Shown one piece after another: positions 40,243-51,886 of a DNA stretch of 61,672 bases (position 1 is its first letter; the number at the start of each line of letters is the position of its first letter). The translations under genes and the position numbers were made by a program. Under the pieces are notes generated by a model. That model had not been told where the DNA came from. It saw only the letters and a program-made list of their open reading frames with translations, and made no database searches. Source of the DNA: Seison nebaliae (Eukaryota); contig JALJEE010000678.1 in assembly GCA_023231475.1 (NCBI GenBank), forward strand, positions 1 through 61,672. The letters run 5' to 3'.

Positions 40243-42734
40243 ATGACGAACACGAGTGATAATGTCGATATCGATATTATCAAAAAAACGCAAGCCATGT
40301 TAAGTAAAATTATATCCGCTCCAGCATTGACTGAGAAGTTATTGAGTAAACCACCAGTCAAATATATACAAGACATAGTTCTCTCAATTAATCGAAGTGC
40401 TAATTACATGAATGACTTATATTCGACCGAAGAACTTGATACGAAATATTTGAAAGTTCTTCATTTTCACTAATCGCATTTGAGTTCACGTTTTTCATAA
40501 TTTATAATTTTTAAGATATCGGTCGAAAATCGGACTTCGTTTCTTGACAAATTAATTTATTATGTAGGTTCATTTTCTATCTTCTATTAATGGAAATCAT
40601 TTCATTCTCAGCATATGCGAATGGTGAAAAACTTGGAGTTAAATCTACTCATATTATTGCTGGAACGAATGCAGATAAAACTAACGAACTTCTACAAGGA
40701 TTGGCACGAGCTGTAATCGAAAAAGTTTCAAATTCCATTCACAATTTTATGGCATATTTTCATAAAATTAGGTTGATGACAAGAAAGCTGTGAGGAAGAC
40801 GTTAAGTAAAATGGAAAAGAAGAAATTGGGTACAGGAGATGCAACGACACATCCTCCCAAAGCACCAACAGGAACTACTACGATGACAATGAATGAGAAT
40901 GAAGGTAAAGAAGAGAAAAAGAAAAAAAAGAAGAAAGTGGTCGATGAATCGCATGAGAAAGACGAGGAGAAAGAAGAACGTCCTAAAAAGAAGAAAGATC
41001 GTCATCATCATAACGAGAATGGAGAGGAGAGTGAAAAACATAAGAAGAAGAAACATCGAAGAAAAGACAATTCGAAACCGGATGATGATGAAGAACAAAC
41101 CGGATCTCGAACACATTCCAACACGAACAAGAAAAAGAAGTTTCTGATTAATTTAAACATAATAGGAAATATAATTTTATGTGTTTTAGGAAGAAGAGAA
41201 CTGATAATTCGGATGATGAAAAAGAAGTTAGAACAAAATATTTCTTTTTCCATATTAAAATGTTTTGATATGATTCCATTAAAACATTAAAAGGATCTCA
41301 GTGTGATGAGTGAGAGTCGTCATTCGAATAAGCATAAGAGAAAAAGACATCATAGGAAATCGATTGAAGAGAGAGTTTATAGGAACATAAGATCTGCTGG
41401 TACTGCACCATCATCAGCATCGAAAAAACTATTAGGTAAGTTTGTGTAATTCAAAAAAGTGGAATATAAAAATTTTGAGTCTTGAAATATTATTTGCTTT
41501 TAATTCTTATGATTTTATTCTGCTTTTTCCGCACTGTTAGAATAATCGATCATCTCGACCGTTATCAGCCAAATCGAAAAACCGAACGGTACATCGCCAA
41601 GGTATTTCTTGCTTTTTCCGCCTATTTTATTCTTACATTTTATCATTGATATTCATTAAACTTTCACAGATTCAATTGATGAGTTAAAATTTTTTTTTGA
41701 AAATTTAAAATTTTTATTTATTTTAATTATTTAATTTAGAACTGGAACTACAACAACTTCCGCCACTAGACATGGAAGGAAATCATCTGCAGTTCAAGAA
41801 GAAACTGAAATGATGAAAGGGGAAGAAGAAGAAGAGAAAGAGAATGAATTCGATCAACATCTCACAAGATCGTCAAGACCGAAAACGGCTCGACCACCTC
41901 CGCCCAAATCAACAAAAACAAAAATCGAACATGAAGAACCTGCAGTCAGTCAACCAACCGGACCATATGTGACAACTTTAAGTTATTATTTTACAAAATA
42001 GATCATATTAATTCTTTTCAGATAATACAACGGAAGGAATACCGAATAATAATGAACATGTCAAATTAGATGATGACGATGATGATGATGATGATGATAA
42101 GGACTTTATTGTACAAGAAGAGATCGAAGATGAGAAGGATATGTTCGACAATTTAGAAGAGGAAATTCAAGACGACGGATTGGAGGATGGTGGTCTTGTA
42201 AAAAAGATGAAACAGAATGCCCAAAATTATCAAGCTATGACAGAAGACGATGAATTTGTTTCTCAATTATTTTTTAAATTTTTTTCAAAATTTTTCTTTT
42301 TTCAGAACAATAAATTTGATTCAACTCAAATGAAAGAACGTGAAGCAATTGGATTGAAGGTGAAAGAAATGCAGAATAGTATTCAAAATTTAAGTAAAAG
42401 GTAAATTAAATTTAAATTTTTTCAATTCTATAAATTCTCTTCCATAATCTCCAGTACTCAACCATTGGCACGTATTTTGGATTTCCTTCAAGAGGATTTA
42501 GATACGATGCAACAAGAAAAGACACGATGGTCTGCAGAAGCCAAAAGGAATTTGGAAGAGATTAAAGCGAAGGAATATGAAAATGAAACGAAACTTTTAC
42601 CATTAAAGAGTGACCTCTTGAAAATGGAGGCAGATGTGGGAAATATGAATCAGAAGATCGCCATCCTAAAGAGGAAGGTGATGAATAATGATGTACGATG
42701 TGGTAAGATAATAATGTCGATTTTTGAAAAATGA
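40243..42734 (+). CDS. TRAF3IP1: Intraflagellar transport protein 54 (TRAF3IP1/MIP-T3/DYF-11), multi-exon
   Basis: N-terminal CH-like domain IKKTQAML..PALTEKLLSKPP..IIAG..KTNELLQ, KE-rich middle, RPKTARPPPP, GGLVKKM and C-terminal coiled coil PLARILDFLQEDLDTMQQE. Confidence 0.93.
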
Positions 42735-42957
42735 TGAAGATGTATGAAAAAGAATGAAATTTTATTATCAATTGAAAATTTTTGTTAAAAATTGAAATAT
42801 TGAAAAATATGGGAATATTATGAAAAAAAAATTGAAATATTTTTTCATTATTTTTTTTTTAAAGAAATTCTTTTTCTAATAAAAAATTAAGAAGAATTAC
42901 GATGATGATGATTCTCATAAAAACTTTTAAATTTCTTTCACAAAACTATCCAAATAT

Positions 42958-44775
42958 TCATTGTTGGAGATGATGTTGATTGTCGTTCTCTGTCATGTAC
43001 ATTTGAGCGGAAGGAAGAATGTGGGCAGAATGAATTGGATGTGGATTGACAACTGCCGTTGGAATGTTTGTCCTTAACGAATCAGTATTTGTCATCATTC
43101 CCATATTGTTGGAAGTTGGTGGAATTTGTGTTAATATTTTCGTCGTTTGAGGCATAGGAGTAAGTGGAGTTTTAATTTGAACTTCATTTTGAACATGATC
43201 ATCTCCTGAACTACAAATAATTCTTTGCCAATCATTCACCGTTTTTCGACTGATAAGAATATAAGAGGCCGATAATATTCCTGGTGCGAGAATGGAAAAA
43301 TATTTTAATAAAAATAATTTTATAGAAATTTTACAATTATTCTTCTCGAGACAAATTGGTGATTCATTCCCGATATTCGTATGATGAGTAATGAGCCAAT
43401 GATCTCTCTCCGTCACTTCCGTACTCAAACAAATGAGTAAAATAATTTTTAGAATAACGAACGTTCCACAAAATAAAAATATTCGTCTCAATAATTTGTC
43501 GAATCGAACTAGAGATTTCGTTGAATTTTCATTATAATCTCGTTTAACATTTCTTCTCACTCTTGCCATTGCTGCTAAACCGGCTGATATGAATGCCAAT
43601 CCGATTGATAATAACGTAGCTTCAGGTGCAAGTGAATATAATTTGATTGCGAATATGTCCCCACCAAATGCACCAGATCCACCTGGAAAACACATTTGAG
43701 CTAACGGATCTCCACCAATATCATTTCTGACGATAGCGATCAATGTGAAAATTCCTGGAATGATCCAACTGAATAAATGATATCGTCGATTCCATGCGGA
43801 AACTGCTTCTTCACTCCATTTCAAAACAGCCGATAATAACCAAGAATATGTGAGTACCAACCACCATAATGTGGCGGCGAAAGAGAAATAATAATTTAAA
43901 ATAAAAATTATTGTACATTTGTTATTTGAATATGATCCTTGAACGACCACACTCTCCAAATTTTTTAAAAAATCACTTTCACTTCGATGACTATGTTCCT
44001 TACTCAACAATTTAGCACGTTCTCCCACTTCAAATAAACATGCGGAATTCGATGTTTGTTGTTGATGATGATTCGATGAAATATTTACACGACTAATTAT
44101 CCAAGTGATGGCTAAACATAAATAACATACCGTCATAAAAACGATTGGTTGTTGAGGATATGTAAATCGTTGTCGATTCAATAAAACGGTAGCTAAAGCG
44201 ACGACAGATGAAAGAATGATGAGAATACAATTCCAAAAGATGGTAATTGATATCAATTGACTATCTGATGAATCAGCTCCGATTATTTCAATATTACAAC
44301 TGATACCACAATTATTCAATTTCAACGATTTCTTTTCACATTCTATTGAATAATCATATGATGATGGTAATAGCAATTTCGTGTCACATACACTAGTTGA
44401 GAGTGGCAGTCCAATTCGTCGCGAATTACTCAATTGATTGGTACAGTTCAATGTTGGGTCACAATCTTTCCTTAATTTCTCACATTCTTTCCTTTGGAGG
44501 AAAACCGTTTTACTAAAATTCCCTCCCATACATGGAATCACATATATTCGACAGAGACTCTCCACATCCTCACAATTTCTTGACTTGATATAATTGTAGA
44601 GATTATGTGAATATACTTCAAGATCCGTATTTTTTGGAGCGTAGAATTCCGTTAAATTCTTACTACATAAATCTTTCAAGATTTCTGGTGTTCTCCAACA
44701 TTTCCTCTCTTTAGATTGGAGCGGATACACTAATAATATGACGACGAAGAAGTTGAATGTACCACAGATGTTCAT
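42958..44775 (-). CDS. Frizzled-family receptor, intronless
   Basis: Signal peptide, Cys-rich domain, RFTYPQQPIVFMTVCY, CTIIFILNYYFSFAATLWWLVLTYSWLLSA.LKWSEEA, GDPLAQMC and a KTxxxW motif (KTVNDW). Confidence 0.93.
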   Translation of the reverse strand: MNICGTFNFFVVILLVYPLQSKERKCWRTPEILKDLCSKNLTEFYAPKNTDLEVYSHNLYNYIKSRNCEDVESLCRIYVIPCMGGNFSKTVFLQRKECEKLRKDCDPTLNCTNQLSNSRRIGLPLSTSVCDTKLLLPSSYDYSIECEKKSLKLNNCGISCNIEIIGADSSDSQLISITIFWNCILIILSSVVALATVLLNRQRFTYPQQPIVFMTVCYLCLAITWIISRVNISSNHHQQQTSNSACLFEVGERAKLLSKEHSHRSESDFLKNLESVVVQGSYSNNKCTIIFILNYYFSFAATLWWLVLTYSWLLSAVLKWSEEAVSAWNRRYHLFSWIIPGIFTLIAIVRNDIGGDPLAQMCFPGGSGAFGGDIFAIKLYSLAPEATLLSIGLAFISAGLAAMARVRRNVKRDYNENSTKSLVRFDKLLRRIFLFCGTFVILKIILLICLSTEVTERDHWLITHHTNIGNESPICLEKNNCKISIKLFLLKYFSILAPGILSASYILISRKTVNDWQRIICSSGDDHVQNEVQIKTPLTPMPQTTKILTQIPPTSNNMGMMTNTDSLRTNIPTAVVNPHPIHSAHILPSAQMYMTENDNQHHLQQ

Positions 44776-45111
44776 TTCAGTTGATGAGATCAAATTAACC
44801 GAATCAAGATCAGTCACTCCCAAGCCAAACTTTTTAAATTAGTGCGAAATTTTTTCAAATTATTTTTCTTTATTTTTCTTTATTTTTCAATTTATTTTCC
44901 CCCGAATACTGTTATACTGCAAACACGAATTCTTTCAATATTTCTAATTGTCATATAAATTTTATTTCACATTTTTTAATTTTTCACCTTTTTTTATGTG
45001 TTGATAAAAGAATAAGAAAAAATTTGATAAAATTTGTAAATTCGATTTTTTTTACATAATTCCCATTTGAAAACAAAGACAATAACGAAATAAAAATTGA
45101 TAATTACATTT

Positions 45112-46815
45112 TTACCGTTCATCTGAATGTTTCCTTTTCGAACGATTTCGATATTCTCTCCGATGTGATTTATGATGAGAAGATTTATGACGTCTCTCAC
45201 GACGATCATCATCATTCCTAGAAGATGAACGTCGTCTACGACTCTTCTTATTTGCATGGTCACTCCTCTCATAAGAATCAGGAGATGTATGTCGTTTCCG
45301 TAATGTTTTATTCTCCGAATGATCTACATATTAAAATTTAACAAAAAATTTAAATAAGATTATAAGAAAATTCTAACCACGATGTCTTGACGATTTATTT
45401 CCTTTCAAGAGAGCGATAACGTCATTCCTTTAATAAAATTTAATTGATAAGAAGAGGAAAATTTGAAAATGAACTCTTTAGCATTATTACGAGAATGATC
45501 GGGATTGTCATTCCAATGTCGAGGATGGAATGAAGAGGAATGATCATTTCTATTTTGATGATTTTCATTATAATGAGAATGACGATGATTATTCCGATTA
45601 TCGTCCATCGAATTATTGATTGGATGAAATTGGGATTCGGGTTGATTGGGTTGATGAGACGGTATTATTCTATTGAAAAATTAATTTTAATAATAAATTT
45701 TTTTAAAATAAATGAAGAAAACTAACGAATTTATCGGCATGAATGGTTGTTGAGTGAGTAATGGAACATTTCCTGGTGGTGGACCAAACCATGGAATCAT
45801 CGAAGGATTATCACCCAATTGACCCATCAAACCCGCGTTATGTGGATGATGATGATGATGATCATTATTTTGATGATGATCTTCCTCCATTCCAGGTGGA
45901 CGTGTCAAATCATAGACAGTTGTTTCCGAGTCATTATTTGACTGATTCATCGTATTCATTAAAGTATTCAATTGTGATTGATTATTCAATCCAGTAATTG
46001 GAGTCGATATCGAGTTATCGGGTGGTAATGTCGTTCCCATTTTGAAGAGTCGTTGAAATTGTGATTGAGGAATATCATTCTTTTTCGCTTGTTCACTTAA
46101 ATAAGAAAAATTAATAAAAAGGATAAATAAAAAAAATGATAAACTTATATCGATTATAAATGAAATGAATTAATGGATCATTTGAAACGATTGTATCTTT
46201 ATTTCCATTTACATCTTCTTCAGCGTCTAAGAATTTTGTCGCCTAAATATTATTAATTAAAATTAATTTTAAAAAAGAAAAAAGAGAAAAAACATTTTTA
46301 TTAATATGATATCCATTTAGGATTCTCAATGCACGTTGTCGTCGACAATATTGTGACCAGGATTCTTCATTAAAACCATAATTGAAATAATCAGTCAAAT
46401 CAGCATCTGGTGTCTTCCACGGTTTCTCTTTCTCCGGTAATTTATACAAATCATAATCATAAATTATTGTCGTTCCCAACGTTCCCAATTGATTGATATC
46501 AACTCCCGTTTTTGTTCTCTTATTTCCCACTCCGAGAGCTGGAGCAGATATCGAATTCGAATTAACATTCCCTTCCTCTTTCTTCTTATTTTCCGTACTA
46601 CCACTCAAATAGAAAACGACACAATCATCTTCCTCTTCTTCATCATCGTCATAATCATAATCGGAATCATCATCTTCGTCATCATCTTCATCATCGTTCG
46701 TTAATTTCGTAACTAAATCTTCCGACGTCGAAAAGTTTTCCGTATTTATTTCCGACGGAATTGACAATGGTAGATCGTGACTGATGATAACTTCATCCAA
46801 TTCTGGATTTACCAT
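45112..46815 (-). CDS. FIP1L1: Pre-mRNA 3'-end processing factor Fip1 (6 exons)
   Basis: Fip1 motif EKPWKTPDADLTDYFNYGFNEESWSQYC, acidic N-terminus, Pro-rich middle and Arg/Ser/His-rich last exon ending KRKHSDER*. Five GTT..AG introns keep the frame. Confidence 0.92.
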
Positions 46816-48503
46816 TTTCCAATTCAGAAATATCTTTTACAAAATATTTATTTAAAACGAATTTGAGCCTGTAATTTCACTTTATTATCCAATCTCTTTT
46901 TTCCTTTTACTATTCTCACGGACATCATATCAATTCTCTTTTTACTACCAAATTATTTCGAATACAATTAAAACAAAACGGAAATGCCACCTGATTTTTT
47001 TTAGCATAGGAAATTTTAAAAATTTTCAATTTATAATTATTAGTTAGCTAAAATAAAAATCTGATACAAAATTTTTAATTTTTATTTTCAATAATTTTTC
47101 TCAATTTGACGATAATCTCCAACCTAACTGAATAATTCAAAAAATTTAATAGTGGAAGTTTAAGTTGTCGATAGGTGAAAAATTATGATTAGTAATTATG
47201 GTTGAAAACGATAAAATGATGGATGTTGGAGTTAATAGAATTGAAGTGTCTAATTATTGAAAGAAAATAAAAGAGTTGAGATTAAGTATATCTTCGAGGT
47301 TAAGTTCATGAAATTTCTGTACGTTAAATTGCACTGCAATTATTGCAGTATAATTTGTTATTATTGAAAGAGGGATTTGCATTAACGAATCGAAATGTTG
47401 GTTGCTGTCGACTGACAATCATTCTTTCTCGAATATTCCTCTTACTCATTCGATCGTCTTTCTTGGCTCGTTAATCGATATTCGGTTATTCTCTTCATTT
47501 GCTCTCGATCATATTCGAAACAAATTCTGCAGAGCGTTCTTCTCTTCGACTCCGAAATACAAATTCGTTCTGTTGAAGATTCGTCTTTCACTTCTTACAA
47601 TTTTTGTTAGTTCTTCCATCATATTCTTTCGAGACGATTTTCTTCTGTTCACAGCGTTCATTACTCTCGTTAAATCGGGCCTATAATCGACTCATCTGGA
47701 AGACTATCTGCTGTTTAAATAGATTCCATTCTCATTTATCGACAAAGTTACCGTATCTAATCTACCGACTACTCTCCCTTCTGTGATGTACGCATTTCAG
47801 AGTCACTCAATATTTTCATATATTTAGTTTAGGCATCTGATAATATTTCTTTTATCGACTTCAAACAGTTCATCGTCTTTTATAATTCAACATCTACTAT
47901 ATCAATCGATCGCGACTCTCTCAATCAACTGCGACATCTCGTTGGCACCGAAAACGACAAAAATTGTTTTCCCTTTTTTCTCATTTATCCCGACGGGAAT
48001 TTTAAATAAAATATTATCAATTTTTATCGTTAATAAATTTTTCGTACGTGAACAACATTATCACTTCATTGTTTTTCTGATTATTTTTGATTCATCATTC
48101 TTCTCATTCATTTCCTTTCTGCTTCGCTGTGGAATATGATGGAATGACTGATTTGTTATGGCTGTTGTGTGTTATTAATATCACTATTGAGAAATTCTAA
48201 CTTAACGTAAGATAATTTTTCTGTTTTCTGATGTTCCTTTGCAATGGAAGAGAACAGTTTTCTTTCTCATTTTCACTCTTCGTTGCGCAGCAGTGTTAAC
48301 ACAATTTTTATTTTCTAATAAATCGACTATCATACATTCTGCCAGTCACGATAGTAACTCGTCATTAGACAATTGAACCTTAGTAATCGATTTATGAGAA
48401 TATTAACTACCATTTCTTCGTTCTTTTCTTACATTGTCATTTTTAGTTAAAATATATTCTACTATTTAACAGTTAATAGGAACTTATCACCAATCATCAT
48501 ACA

Positions 48504-48989
48504 ATGAATTTCTCGATTTTCACTTTCGTTACCGTTCTACTTTGCATCAGTTCGTATTAGCATAATATTCATCTATTTATCATCAAATTTATCACAATTC
48601 ATCTTTCTCATTAGATATCGGATCATTGAAAGCTGATGTCAGCTGTTACCAATGCGATGGTGAACAAACGTGTGTCTTACCTGAAGTAAATAACGTTCCA
48701 GTGATTACCTGTAAACATCAGTGTTGGGTTAGGAAATATTGAAATATGAATAATAATATTGATATTTGATAATAATTTGAATATTTTCTTATAGAAAGGA
48801 TATGTCTTACATAAAGTCTATCGAGGTTGTGGCGATTTAGCATGTAATGCTCTTGTGAAAGCTGAATTGAAACCGCTGGGTGGGAATTTGTGTTGCAAAA
48901 CGGACAAATGCAATTCTGGTCTGAATATTCAATCGTCCATCATTCTCCCTCTGATCTTATCGTCATTGGTTCTTATGAGAATGTTATAA
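48504..48989 (+). CDS. Ly6/uPAR (three-finger) GPI-anchored protein, 117 aa; exons 48504-48549, 48615-48727, 48795-48989 (not in the ORF track)
   Basis: Spliced product MNFSIFTFVTVLLCI-NIGSLKADVSCYQCDGEQTC..TCKHQCW-KG..RGCGDLAC..CCKTDKCNSG plus a hydrophobic tail: signal peptide, 10 Cys, CCxxxxCN motif and GPI-type C-terminus. Confidence 0.88.
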
Positions 48990-49661
48990 ATCGTAAAAAT
49001 ATCAATTTCAACTGAATGATTTATACAGCGATTGTATTATCGCTTCACTTAATCCATTTTCGCCTTACTCTTCTTCCTTCTAATTATATACTTCATATGT
49101 CTTTCTCGTTCTCCTTCATTAGGAATGATGAGTGTCTTCTTTCTAGTTCCTCTTGATTTTATCCCCAAACAATTTTCTCCCTATCATTTATTGCTCGAAT
49201 AAACATTTTTTTCACAACATTTATTAATTTTATTTAACATAATAAAAGAAACATATTAAATAAATGAAATTGAATCGAAAATTATTCAAACAATATATTG
49301 ATGATTATAGTGATACTGATTATACTATAAAATATTTATAATTAAAAATTTTTTTTTAAATTTATAGAATCAATTCCCCTCGGGGTAACGTAAATACGAT
49401 GTAAAGATTATCGTTAATAAATTCCCTTCCAGTATCGATTTCACAAATATCGATTTTTAATTTTAAATCGGTTCATCAATTATCGATTTATGATAAATAC
49501 TGGCTTAATTGAGTAATGTCACACATCAATATTGGTTTATGAAGGAAGTGGTTAGAATAATAAAATTTAAATGATAAGTCTATTTCTGATAAGAATGAAT
49601 GAATAATAATGAATTTCTTATGCAATTTTGGATTTGAATAAGAAAAATATTATTTTGAGAT

Positions 49662-49957
49662 ATGGTTCTCAGAAGATTATTAATGTTAATAAAATTTCTT
49701 TATAATTCTTATATTCTACAAATTTCAGGTATTTAACTCACAACGAAGAATTGATAAATAGTTTAGCGCAGAAATTCCGACCGGCGGCTCGACGTTTATT
49801 GGCAATGAAAGATGAGACAGAAACTAATCGTCGTGTTCAACAACTGAGTAATATGAAGAAGGAATGGGATGAACAAGGTCGAATGTACATCAACCAATTC
49901 TTCAAACAAGTCACCGACAACGATAATCTAAAGAAACGTTCACGTAATAAAAAATGA
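49662..49957 (+). CDS. NCBP2AS2: NCBP2AS2/HIAR-like microprotein (intron 49685-49728)
   Basis: Spliced N-terminus MVLRRLLM-YLTHNEELINSLAQKFRPAARRL resembles the family pattern MVLRRLL..L.....L...L..S.P.RRAA. Confidence 0.72.
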
Positions 49958-49997
49958 ATTAAAATAAATTTCTGTAACGAATGGAAAATAATATCGT

Positions 49998-51563
49998 TTA
50001 GAAGTTTGAAGAGACGGGAATTGATGTCAATGATTCTTTGAATTTCTCTCGGAAAGACAGATACCAATCGCTCACTATTTGCATATCCTCTTTAGCGAAT
50101 TGTTGGGGGAATGTGTGTTGTAACATGTCGTCATGAGATTTCCTTAATCGGAAATCTTTCTGAAGACAATCCTCAACGAAACTCGTCAACGATTTTGTTG
50201 GAGTTCGTTTCGCTGTCGCTGTTAATCTCGGCGCATCACCATTCACAATTTCCGATTGTGTTTGAAATGATTTATGACGATATTTATAATATGGATTCTT
50301 TCCATGAAACATCTCATAAACGGTAATTCCCACACTCCAAATATCAGTTCGTGACGGATTTTTATTGATGGGAAGTTCGATCAGTTCCGGTGCAACATAA
50401 GCATAAGACCCTAACGTATTAGATGCACGTTGTGAATTGAGTAGTAATCCACTCACACTGAAATCACATAATTTGATTTGTTTCCCATTATCATTTAGTA
50501 GAATGTTCGACGGTTTCAAATCACGATATTCTAATTGATGTTCCTTCCTCAAATAAGAGAGAGCGTTCAATATCTTCAAATTGTCATGAAATAATTAAGA
50601 AAGTTTAATGGAATGAGCAACTGCAATAATTGTATGTCCAATAACGAATTCCGGTAATCCATCGTCATCAAAATATTTTATTAATTTATCGAAACACGTA
50701 TCCATCAATTCGAGACAGAGCCACAACTGAGAATGATTCATATCAGCCGAAATATGACCATAAGACAAGATGATATAAGGATGATTCTTCGCTTTACTAG
50801 TCACGAATAAATCCATCAAAATTCGTCGATCCTCCTGGAAGATTCCACAACCACTCATTTTCTTCAAAATTAAAAAAAAATTTTAAAATTTTAGAAAATA
50901 AAAAAAAATTTAAAATTTTAGAAAATAAAAAAAAATTTAAAGTTTTAGAAAATTTAAAAAAATTTTAAAATTTAAGAAAATAAAAAAAAATTTAAAGTTT
51001 TAGAAAATAGAAAAAAGTTTTAAAATTTTGGGAAATAAAAAATTTTTTTTTTTTTTTTTTTTTTTTAAATATAATAATAATATGGAAATTATTGGAAAAT
51101 AAAAAAAAATTTTAAATTATAAAAGGAAAAAAAAAATTTTAAATTTTTTTAAAATTTTTTTTAAAAAAAACGAACTTTTACCGCCATTAATTTGTTGGAT
51201 GGTTTATGTCTCATTTTGTACACGTCACCATATGCCCCTTTGCCCAATAGTTCCAGAACATCGAAATGTTCAAAATCGACGTCGTCATATCGCTCCTGAA
51301 AGGAAAGAAATGTCATTAGAGATTGAGAGAAATGAACTTGATTCGGGAACATTAAACGACCCGACTCTTCGATCAGTTTATCTCGTTGCGCACGAATCTC
51401 CACACTAGACGTCCACCCAGCGGAGAGGAATGAGATGAGTTAGTGAAATAAATTCCAACTCTGTCACCGAACCATTCTGGATGTTGGCTGGTGTTGTGGT
51501 TTGAACGGAAATGTTATCCGATACAACGTCGATCGCACATGGTCGTCGTCGATCGTTGGTCAT
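49998..51563 (-). CDS. MAP2K7: MAP kinase kinase of the MKK7/MKK4 group; introns 51459-51405, 51337-51296, 51175-50862, 50621-50574
   Basis: N-terminal docking-like RRRPCAI, LGKGAYGDVYKMRHKPSNKLMAVK-KM, RRILMDL, WLCLELMDTCFDKL, RDLKPSNILL, IKLCDFSVSG.L.NS and DIWSVGIT. Confidence 0.85.
50866..51170. repeat. A/T-rich ~28-bp tandem repeat filling the long MAP2K7 intron
   Basis: Units like aaaattttagaaaataaaaaaaaattt repeat ~6-8 times, with a T25 run. Confidence 0.8.
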
Positions 51564-51886
51564 TTCCACTTGCAATTATTGTTCTAATATTTCGTGTCGC
51601 TATTCCTCCCCCTTAAACTATTTATTTGTTTTTTTATCTCTCCTCAATCCACACGAACATAATGTTACGTAATCTCTTCGATTTTATCAACTTCAATTAA
51701 AGAGCTTTCTATTCCATTTCGAGTTAATATTGATTGAGAAACATTAAAAATTTTATTTTATATGAATAAAAAAAGAAATTATTTGAAAATTCAAAAGTGA
51801 ATGGGAGATAAGCTCTCATGTAAATGGGAAAGTTATTTAGCTTGGAAGAGAATTTTTAATGAATTCGGTTTTATTTGAAACGAAAT

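Noticed and set aside
47250..47700. Minus-strand frame of ~150 codons interrupted only by TGA (would read through if TGA=Trp)
   Set aside because: No recognisable protein. TGG is used for Trp in neighbouring genes and TGA ends several of them. One such run is not clearly beyond chance in six frames.
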